A stretch of 64,000 bases of DNA from Octopus sinensis (Eukaryota), in assembly GCF_006345805.1 (NCBI RefSeq), contig NC_043011.1, positions 6,448,001 to 6,512,000 of the forward strand, read 5' to 3'. The translations under genes and the position numbers were made by a program. Shown one piece after another: positions 1 through 11,200 of the stretch. Under the pieces are notes generated by a model that did not search any database, had not been told where the DNA came from, and saw only the letters and a list, made by a program, of their open reading frames with translations. Numbering within the stretch: position 1 is the first letter of the stretch; every line of letters begins with the position of its first letter.

Positions 1-7
1 ATTGCAG

Positions 8-141
8 TTTCTATGGTGTTTGGCATTCCGACGATAAAGCGAGACAGAGTCAGTTACCTGCGTCGAACGTTGCATTCACTGATTGATGGACTTAACGAAG
101 AAGAGAGAGAGGACTGTCTAATTATTGTGTTCGTGGCTGAG
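8..141 (+). CDS. MGAT4: MGAT4-like exon (first in window): (V)[44 protein letters not shown]
   Basis: Acceptor ttgcag ends at 7; donor GTATGG at 142. Matches the vertebrate MGAT4 segment VSxVMGIPxVxR...LHSLI..L...E.ED.VIVV.IAE. Confidence 0.95.
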
Positions 142-2206
142 GTATGGTTAATGCTGTTGTTGTTGTTGTTGTCTGGCCCCAGTTCGGCCCTGAATAAGCA
201 CATCCTGCGGTTCAAGATGTTCCAACTGTGACCTTCCCATCTTTTTGTATATCTAGGACTATGTGTCTCTTCTTTTCATTGATGGTAGGGTGTGATTTGA
301 AAGAATTTGGCTGCTATTTTTAGTAGGTCAAGTGATGATAGTTTTCTTTTTTTTTTTTGTTTAAAAATATATGGTGGTCATTGCAATGTGACAGTTTGTT
401 CACTGATCTGTTTTGGTCATGTATGGTGTGTAATGTAAGTACATGAGGTGGGGCAAAGGTTTGTACAAAAAATAAAGGAAGGAAAAAAAAACCCACCCCA
501 AAATAAGAAGGTCAAATGGTAATAAAAGTGGAGAGAACAGTTGTTTGTTGGTAAATAGTCAGTTCCTATCCATTCAGGCANNNNNNNNNNNNNNNNNNNN
601 NNNNNNNNNNNNNNNNNNNNNNNNNNNNNNNNNNNNNNNNNNNNNNNNNNNNNNNNNNNNNNNNNNNNNNNNNNNNNNNNACTCTTATGTTGGAGCGAGG
701 TCATTTAACCCTATTATCTCCCCTAATTTTGCTCTGTGTCTCACGTTTGATCTTTGACTTCTGGCCGAAATCAGATCGCCATGTTGATTTGCAAGCCTCT
801 GCACGCATTTTTTTTCCTCTCCTTCTTTCTGTGTTTTTTTTCTCTGTGTATCTTTCTGTTGAAGAGCGTAGGCTCGAAACGTTAAAGACTTGTTTTATTT
901 ATATTTCCTGAGCGCCATACTAATACAATTGTTTGTTTGTATTCCACCTGCCTTCGTCTTTTGTCTATTTTCATAAAGCTTCCCGTTATATATATCCTTT
1001 CCCCCGACCCCTACTTCTTCAGTCCTTCATCCTTTCACCCCTACTCCCCTTCCCTTCTTCCCTCTTTCTCCCTCTCCTTCCCTTCTTCCCTCTTTCTCCC
1101 TCCCTCCTTCCCTCTTCCCCTTCCCTCTGCTCCCTCACTCCCCCTCGACCTCTTTCCTCCTTCCTCCCCCTCCTCCTCTTCCTTCTCCCCCTCCTCTCCT
1201 CTTCCCCCTCTCCTCCCCCTCTCCTCCTCACTACACCACACGACTTCACACATCACATCATGTGTGATGTGCCATGCTAGTACATACACCAACTAATACA
1301 TACTAATACGTACTAATACATACTAATAATACACCAACCCTATACATACACACGTCCAGACCCCTCATACGCACTTATACTCTCTCATACACACACACCA
1401 CAACACTTATACATACTAATACGTACTAATACATACTAATACATACACCAACCCCATACATACGCACGTCCACACCAATCCTACGCAATAATACTCTCTC
1501 AACACACACACACACACACCCTTATACATACTAATACATACACCAACCATATATACACACGTCCAGACCCCTCCTACGCACTATTAGCTGGTCCTTCAAC
1601 CATATCAACCCCATTATCTCCCCTTATTTCGCTCTCGCGTCTCATGTTTGATCTTTGACCTCTGGCCGAAATCAGATCGCCATGTTGATTCGTTAGCTAC
1701 TGCACGCATTTTTTTTCTCCTTCTTTCTGTGTTTTTTTTTCTTCTGTGTATCTTTCTGTTGAAGAGCGTAGGCTCGAAACGTTAAAGACTTGTTTTATTT
1801 ATATTTCCTGAGCGCCATACTAATACAATTGTTCGTTTGTTTTCCACCTGCCTTCGTCTTTTGTCTATTTTCATAAAGCTTCCCGTTATATAATATATAT
1901 ATATGATGTATATGTTATATATATATGTATGTGTATTATATATATATGTATGTAATATATATATATGTTAGTATATATGTAGATATATATATATGTTGTG
2001 TATATATATATGTATTGTATATGGTGTGTATTATATATGTGTATTATATGATATATATTATATATATATATATATGTAGTGTATATATATATGTGTTATA
2101 TAATATGTGTATATATATATATGTTATGGGTATATATATATATGTATGTATGTGTATTATGTGTATATATGTATGTATATGTATGTATATGTATATATAT
2201 GTATAT

Positions 2207-2238
<32 letters not shown>

Positions 2239-5200
2239 CATTATCATCATTGGATCAGGTAATGAAGGTCACGGAGAGAGTTAGTTTAGACAGGATGCAA
2301 TTTGGGTTTGTGCCAGGGAAAAGCACCACTGATGCTATATTTCTGGTAAGGCAGCTGCAGGAGAAATACCTAGCTAAAGATAAACCTCTGTACCTGGCTT
2401 TCGTTGACATGGAGAAAGCCTTTGATAGGGTCCCCCTGATCCCTTATCTGGTGGTCAATGAAGTAACTATGGATAGATGAATGGTTAGTGAGAGCTGTGC
2501 AAGCCATGTGCAGGGATGCTGTAAGTAAGGTGAGTGTTGGCAACACGTACAGTGAAGAATTCCGGGTAGAAGTAGGAGTCCACCAAGGTTCAGTCCTCAG
2601 CCCCCTCCTATTTATCATAGTCCTCCAGGCAATAACGCAGGAATTCAAGACAGGATGCCCCTGGGAGCTCCTGTATACTGATGACCTTGCTCTAATTGCT
2701 GAGTCACTATCAGAACTAGAGAAGTTTCGAGTGTGTAAACAAGTATTAGAATCAAAGGGCCTTAGAGTCAACGTAGCTAAAACCAAAGTCCTAATAAGTA
2801 GGAAGGTAGACAAATCACAACCGCCTTCAGGTAGATGGCCCTGCTCGATCTGTAGAAAAGTTGTAGGTAGAAACTCTATAAGATGCACCAAGTGTAAGCT
2901 ATAGACACATAAGAGGTGCAGCAATATCAAAGGAAGGCTAACTAGGAAGATAGTTTTTGTATGTGGCAGATGCTCAGGAGCAATAAACACTGAAAATGCG
3001 CAGAGACCAACTTCCACCACATTCCAGGGAGAAAAACTAGAAATAGTGGATAGCTTCCGTTACCTAGATGACCAAGTCAGTAGCAGGGCAGGGTGTGTTG
3101 AAAGTGTAACTGCTAGAGTAAGAATAGCCTGGGCAAAGTTCAGAGAGCTCTTACCTCTGCTGGTGACAAAAGGCCTCTCGCTCAGAGTAAAAGGCAGACT
3201 GTATGATGCATGTGTACGAACAGCCATGCTACATGGCAGTGAAACATGGGCCGTGACTGCTGAGGATATGCGTAAGCTCGCAAGAAATGAAGCCAGTATG
3301 CTCTGATGGATGTGTAATGTCAGTGTTCATACTTGACAGAGTGTAAGTACCTTGAGAGAAAAGTTGGACCTAAGAAGCATCAGTTGTGGTGTGCAAGAGA
3401 GATTTTTGCGCTGGTATAGTCATTTGGTGAGAATGGATGAAGATAGTTGTGTGAAAATGTGCCACACCCTAGCGGTTGAGGGAACCTGTGGAAGAGGTAG
3501 ACCCAGGAAAACCTGGGACGAGGTAGTGAAGCACGACCTTCGAACTTTAGGCCTCACCGAGGAAATGACTAGAGACCGAGACCTTTGGAAGTATGCTGTG
3601 CATGAGAAGACCCGGCAGGACAAGTGAGACCATAACCCGTGGCCTCAATCCACTTATGTATACCTTTCCTTCTTGGGACACAAAACTCTACTTGTGAAGA
3701 CTAGTTGAGGCAAGTGAAACTCAAAATCAAAATCGATCAACATCAATGGAAATTGTAGCTGTGATACCAGTGCCGGCGGCACATAAGAGAACCATCCGAA
3801 CGTGGCCGTTCCCGGCTGGCCTCCGTGCCGGTGGCACATAAAAGGCACCATCCGATTGTAGCTGTTGCCAGCCTCGCCTGGCCTCCGTGCCGGTGGCATG
3901 TAAAAAGCACCATCCGATCGTGGCCGTTTGCCAGCCTCGTCTGGCACCTGTGCAGGTGGCACGTAAAAATCACCCACTACACTCATGGAGTGGTTGGCAT
4001 TAGGAAGGGCATCCAGCCATAGAAACATTGCCAGATCAGACTGGGCCTGGTGCAGCCTTCTGGCTTCTCCAGACCCCAATTGAACTGTCCAACCCATGCC
4101 AGCATGGAAAGCGGATGCTAAACGATGATGATGATGATATATACTCTTTTACTCTTTTACACGTTTCAGTCATTTGACTGCGGCCATGCTGGAGCACCAC
4201 CTTTAGTCGAGCAAATCAACCCCGGGACTTATTCTTTGTAAGCCCAGTACTTATTCTATCGGTCTCTTTTGCCGAACGGCTAAGTGACGGGGACGTAAAC
4301 ACACCAGCATCGGTTGTCAAGCAATGCTAGGGGTACAAACACAAACACATACATATACATATATACGACGGGCTTCTTTCAGTTTCCGTCTACCAAATCC
4401 ACTCACAAGGCTTTGGTCGGCCCGAAGCTATAGTAGAAGACACTTGCCCAAGGTGCCACGCAGTGGGACTGAACCCGGAACCATGTGGTTGGCAGACAAG
4501 CTACTTACCACACAGCCACTCCTGTATATATATATACATGCACACAGACATACTTAAATGTATTTGTTGAAACCTAGAAACCAAACGTTTGTCTTGTTTT
4601 TTTCTCCCTTCCGTTGCATTGTCGAGGATTATTTTTTTTAAACAGTTGAAGTGTCTCCAGAACAAATCGAATACAATTTGTTTTGTTCTTTACCTGTCTA
4701 CTCGTGTGAAAACTGCTATGAATTCATTGATCCATATTGATATAATATCAACTGTTATTAATTGTGCTGGCTTTATTGCTTTTTATTTCTGATGGTCATG
4801 CTGTTGCTGAGTTTTTTTTTTGTTTTTCATTGCTAGTTTTTCTCTTTTTTGTGGTGGGTGGTTTCTTTTCTTTCATTTTTGTGTTTTCTTTTTTCAGTCT
4901 TCTTGGAAAGTATGAATGTTTTTAAATGCTGTTAGTCGTTCTCATCCATGTAAAATTTTATTGTTAAAATTTATCTACAATAAACTGGTTCTACTTCCAC
5001 AATACACAAAATGATTTAACAAATTTTCTTTTTTTTATGCAAGTCCTAATAATATTTAATTATAAAAATACAAGGGGATTTTTTAAAACATCAAATAGCT
5101 ACAAGGGTCCATCTGAGTAAAATAGGAATCAAAAGGTTCCTGAGGTAAAAGAATTTTAAAAAAGGGGTGGGGTTAGGAACAACTGCATTAGTATCTTTCA

Positions 5201-8200
5201 TAGTAATCTTAAAACAGATAGTATGATGAGAAATATGAAGATGGTGGCATAGATGGAGAGGATGATGAAGACAGCAATAACGAGGATGAAACAAACGCGT
5301 TACATGGACAAAATTCAATAGCATCTGCTAAATATTCACTGAATAAAGAAATGGTGTGTCAATGGTTGTATTTGAATATTAAGAATCATAGTATTTCAAT
5401 TGGTTTCTACTCTTTTACTTGTTTCAGTCATTTGACTGTGGCCATGCTGGAGCACCGCCTTTAGTCGAGCAAATCGACCCTGGGACTTATTCTTTGTAAG
5501 CCCAGTACTTATTCTATCAGTCTCTTTTGCCGAACCACTAAGTGACGGGGATGTAAATACACAGCATCGGTTGTCAAGCAATGCTAGGGGGACAAACACA
5601 GACACACAAACACACACATACATGGCACGTGAAAAGCACCCACTACACTCGCGGAGTGGTTGGCGTTAGGAAGGACATCCAGCTGTAGAAACACTGCCAG
5701 ATCAGACTGGAGCCTGGTGCAGCCCCTGGCTTCCCAGACCCCGGTCGAACCGTCCAACCCGTGCTAGCACGGAAAGCGGATGTTAAACGATGATGATGAT
5801 GATGATAGGCTTCTTTCAGTTTCCGTCTACCAAATCCACTCACAAGGCATTGGTTGGCCCGGGGCTATAGCAGAAGACATTTGCCCAAGATGCCACACAG
5901 TGGGACTGAACCTGGAACCATGTGGCTGGTTAGCAAGCTACTTACCACGCAGCCACTCCTGCGCCTATTGATGTATTTCTGTTTCTGTTGATGTATTTCT
6001 GAAAATTACTGCTAACTCGTTACTCTTCAGATTACTTCATCAAATGTAATTCTTATTTATTTACATTAATTTGACTTATTGCATTACTTCATAGTTTTGA
6101 GATGATTGTGTGACTGGACCTTTGTTTTTTTTTTGGAATAATATTGTAGGATCGGTGTAAGGGGTCACAGATCTGGTCAGTTTGAACGTAAAACATGGTC
6201 TGGATATGGCCAGTTTAAATGCTGCTGTGGTTGCTTAGGTCTGGTGCTGCTCTATCGTATCTACCAGTTGTGAATGAAGACTGAGTTCAATCTGCTTGAA
6301 ATAATGACTAAATCTTCCTCAAATCACATTCTTTTTCTTAAAAAAAAACAAAAAACGAATACACTGTTTCTCCTCCTCTCCTTTTTCTATCACCTCCTCT
6401 TTCTCCACCAGTCTTTTATACTCTGCTTCCACCCACTCCTCTTTTCCCTCCTATCTTCTTTCTTTCTTCGTTTTTCTCTTTCTTTTTCTTTTCCTGCTCC
6501 TTTTCCTTTACCTCATTCTTATATTTCTCCCTTTACCTCCTCCTCCTCCTCACCACCACCATCAGCCATTTATAGTATCTTCTTTTCTCTCTTTGCAGCC
6601 ATGGAACCTACAATATGTCAAGCAAGTTGGAGATCAAATTTACAAAGAGTAAGTAGTTGTTGTAGTTGTGTGAGAAAGGGAGTAACCAGACAGGGGCCAC
6701 TCCATGACCCCTTTTAGTAATATCCTACATGGAATACGTAATCCTTACTATGCAGGCCTCTGCACTCCTTCTATCCTGGCACTTCTATAAGGCACCTATA
6801 TTCTCAGCAGTTCCTGGCCCTTCTGTAGGTCATCTCTACTATCAACTGAGACTGATCTTCCTTTAAGTCACCTGCACACTTCTTCTAGTCGTTGAGGTTT
6901 TTGAAATTTGGGTTATTTTATTATTATTTTTTATTATTTTTTGGATCACCTCTGCATTGGAGAGGCATAATGGCCATATAGTTACGATAATGTTCTACAA
7001 GGTAACGTGGTGGTGGAACAATGTGGTTGACAGGGCTATTAGAGAAAAGAAACAGGCTTAGAAGGACTGGAAGAACGGTGGTAGCAGGGAATTGTATCAG
7101 ACTGTCAGAAGGGAAGCTAGGAGGCAGGTTTATTTAGCCAGAGGGGAAGCAAATAAGAAAAAATTTGCCAATGTTCTGCGCTGTGAAGACCAAAGACTTG
7201 AAGTATTTTGTGTTGCAAGACAGTGTGTGAGAGAGAATCGTGATGTGGTAGGAGAGAAATGTGTCCACATGGATGATGGTTCACTTGCACTAAACGAGGC
7301 TGCAAAGAGAGAGGTTTGGAGATGCCACTACGAAAGGTTGCTCAATAAAGAAAATGAATGGGAGAAAGAGAGTCTGCCGAATGTTGACCCAACAGAGGAA
7401 CCAGCTAACTAAAACCAAAGTCCTAATAAGTAGGAAGGCAGCTTGTGAAGACCTGTTGAGGCAAGTGAAATCAAAATCAAATTCGATGACAGCACCGCAT
7501 GACTGGCATCTGTGCTAGGGGAGCGCTAAGAGCACCATCTGAGCGTGATCTTTGCCAGAGCCACTGACTGGCCCTCATGCCAGTGGCACATAAAAAGCAA
7601 CATTAGAGCATGATCATTACCAGCATTGCCTTACTGGCACTTGTGCTGGTGGTATGTGAAAAACAACATTTGAGCGATGGTGTTGCCAGTGCCACTGGAC
7701 TGGCTTCTGTGCAGGTGACATGTAAAAACACCATTTGAGCGTGGCTGTTGCCAGTATAGCCTGACTGGCCCTCGTGCCGGTGGCACATAAAAGCACCCAC
7801 TACACTCTCGGGGTGGTTGGCGTTAGGAAGGGCATCCAGCTGTAGAAACTTTGCCAGATAAGATTGGAGCCTGGTGCAGCCATCTGGCTCACCAGTCCCC
7901 AGTCAAACCGTCCAACCCATGCCAGCATGGAAAGTGGACATTAAATGATGATGATGAATGTTCTACAAGCTATTGAATTATGTGTCTAAATCTATAATGG
8001 TTGTTTTTGTATCTCTAGGCAGAACTTTTTGTTCTGTTTCTATTAGAAATAGGTACCTGAACATTTTTGGAATTTATTAGTGGTAGAACAGTGTCTTGTA
8101 CAGAGGAAGATTTGTTTCTTCCCCACGTCACCCTAAAGAAATAACAGTTGAGGAGTGATCCATTGGAATTACTTCTGCACTAGAGTCACCCTATAACACC

Positions 8201-11200
8201 CCTTCATGTTACTGAGGTACAGCTGAAGAAAGACTCAAGTGGGACGGTACATGGCAATGGCGGTCTTATTGCCCCCTTTAGATTTGGTATTTTTTTGTTA
8301 TCTCACCCCCATTAAAAAATTGGGTTATCTCACCACAAAAAAAAAAAAACGGAGTTTATGTGGCAACAAGAGATTGGATTAAAAGAGTTAGATCCTTTTG
8401 ATTCAATACTTCAACACATTGTTGATGCTTGGTCTCCTCAGTAGGAATGGTAGGCTTTGTTATAAGAATATTATTAGATTCAAAAGATGTTTAATTTTTT
8501 CAGTTTTGAATGATTTGTTATAGAAATATCATCAGATTCAAAAAGACGTTTCATCTCTTTATTTAATTATTTTTTTTTTTTTTTATTGAGGGTTAAGCAA
8601 TTTTTTCTAGCTGAGATAACCAAAAGTACTGATGTTGCTTGTAAAACAGGGGTGGTGCTGGTGGTGGTGGGAGAAAGCCAAAAAGTACCGTAGATTCAAA
8701 GGGGTACCACAAACTGAGGTACTCTTCATTCAGGCAATGCACTGAAGTGTACCTCTCTGCTTCCATTGGGACTGTTTCAATGTGTCAGTTATACAACACT
8801 TTACTGACATTCTGTGAAATAAATCAATAGCAGTGTGTGTGTGGGGGGGGGATGTCCTCTCTGTTATTCTTTCTTTTTTTGTTGTTTCTGTTAAATCTTT
8901 GTTTTTGCTCCCTATTGGTATTTCAGGGTTTCTCCCATTTGTTTTTTTCTTTTGTAACTTCCTTCTCGTTTCTGTTTTTGTATTTTGTCCTTTTGTATTG
9001 TCCTCAATGTTTTGGCTCTTGTGGCCAATAACAAATAATTATATGGAAAAATTTTTTCTTTGATGTCTGCTGTATTTGCTCCTTGTCCCCTGGGTGCCAC
9101 CCCAAAATCTGAAGTCTATAATGAATATAATGTCCTGAACACATTGGATGATGATATGATGTAAAACTCTCGGAGAAATTATAAACAAAAGGACATGGGT
9201 GCAAGAATGCTCAATTAAGACATAAAGCTATGATATTTAAGGTGTTAGAGTTCTTTGTAAAAATGTGCACGATGTCAATTAGGGTTATTTTTCTGTATGT
9301 CTTTTAAGTGTGTCTGAATTTTTTTGTATTTATTATTCTTTTATTCTTTTGGTAACAGTTACTTAGTAAGTGACAACCAGTAAACTAGGGTGGTCGTCAT
9401 TGTAGTGAAACATTATTGTTCAGCACAGTTTCCAGTCCTGTTGGTTTTTCATTCTTGGTTGTGGTTAAGAAGCTTGCTTCCCAATCACATGGTTCTGGGT
9501 TCAGTCCCACTGCTTGGCACCTTGGGCAAGTGTCTTCTACAAAACAGAGGGAAGAGAAAAAAAAAAAGAAATATTTCACACTGTAGATTACAAGGTCTGT
9601 TATCCTTGTATTTTGGTAGAGAGAAGTGTGGTCCCTTCTGATGGTTATCATCATCATCATCGTTACAACTTGTTTTGCTAGGTTCTCATTAGTTGTCTAG
9701 GTCTGACTGATCGATATTTCCCATCGCTTGTGACACGAAAAATCTGATGATGGTAATGCCTGTAATTTTGTGTTAAAAAGATTGGAGCCTGGGGCATCCA
9801 TCTGGCACACCAGTCCCCAGTCAAACCGTCCAACCCATGCCAGCATGGAAAGCAGATGTTAAACGATGATGATGATGAATGTTCTACAAGCTATTGAATT
9901 ATGTGTCTAAATCTATAATGGTTGTTTTTGTATAAGTATCTGGCGTAAGTTTTTCTCACCAAAATTAATGCCGTGTGGGCAAAATCCTTTGGGTGGGAGG
10001 TGATGCCCTTCCTGGGCATGCGGGGAAACTTTCACACTGGTAGGCCACATCAATTCCCAGCTGTTACACATGGAGCACAAACATGCAGAGCACACTGGTC
10101 AGATTTTCATTGTTATGCAAAATGACCAAACACAGTGAGCAGAGAGATTGCATCAAGTTTTGCCAAAAGCTTGGTGATACTTAAGCTCAAATCACCCAGA
10201 AGATTCAAAAAGACCTTTGGTGATGATTCCATGAGCAAAACTCAGATCAAGGAGTGGTACAACCACTTCAAATATGGCTGTATGTACATGGAGAGCAAGA
10301 CATTCTCAGGTAGGCTATCCTCAAGCCGAAATGAGGAGTCATTGAGGTTTGGCAAATAGTTATGAAATTCTATGGAGCTTATTACAATCCAAGAAATTTC
10401 TCATAAACTGGGAATAAGCAGATCAGTGCATTTAATTTTAATGGAGGATTTGTGCATGTGTCAACAAAATTTGTCTCCAAGGTGCCAGCAGAGCAGCAGA
10501 AGCAACTCCTCATGGAAATTGCTCAGGACATGCTGGACTGTGCAAACTATGACCCAGACTTCATGAAGACCATCATCATTGGTGATGAGACATGGGTTTA
10601 TGGTTCCAGTCTGCCCAATCCATCATCACCAAGGCCCAAAAAATGCACAGGTTGAAAGTGATATGAAGGTAATGTCGACCTGTTTCTTTGACTTCCATGA
10701 TATTGTGCATCGTGAATATGCATCACAAGGCCAAACGGTCAATAATGAATACTACCTGGATGTTGCACGTTGCCTTCACGATGCTGTGTGTCAAAAGTGG
10801 CCAGCTATGTGGGTGGCAAAGAATTGGCAACTTCACCATGATAGTTCACCCGCTCATTCTGCCCACATAATCCAATCTTTCCTGGTCAAGAACAACACAC
10901 CATTTCTTTGATTGACTCCCTAATCTCCTGACTTGGCCTCATGTGACTTCTGGCTCTTCCTAAAGCTGAAAACCATGCTGAAAGGGAAGGCAATTTGAGT
11001 CATGAGAGGAAATTCAGAAAGACAATGGTGGAGCTCCATAGAATTCTGGAATGAGCATTTCAGAGATGTTACTAGCAGTAGCAGAACCACTGGGAGGAGA
11101 AGTGTGTGAATTCTCAAAGGGAGTATTTTGAAGGTGATTGAATAAAATTTGTGAAATGAACAAAATTGTTTGGTTTTCTTTTTTTTGGTCCAAAGATCAC

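Noticed and set aside
142-231. Hydrophobic extension [12 protein letters not shown]... of ORF 13-231
   Set aside because: It lies past the GT donor at 142, so it is intron read-through over a (TGT)n run; MGAT4 similarity stops at ...FVAE.
933-1296. Pro/Ser/Leu-rich and Glu/Gly/Arg-rich ORFs
   Set aside because: Low-complexity CT-rich tract.
9743-9766. CTGATGA hammerhead-core-like string (another at ~34407)
   Set aside because: No downstream GAAA or closing helices.
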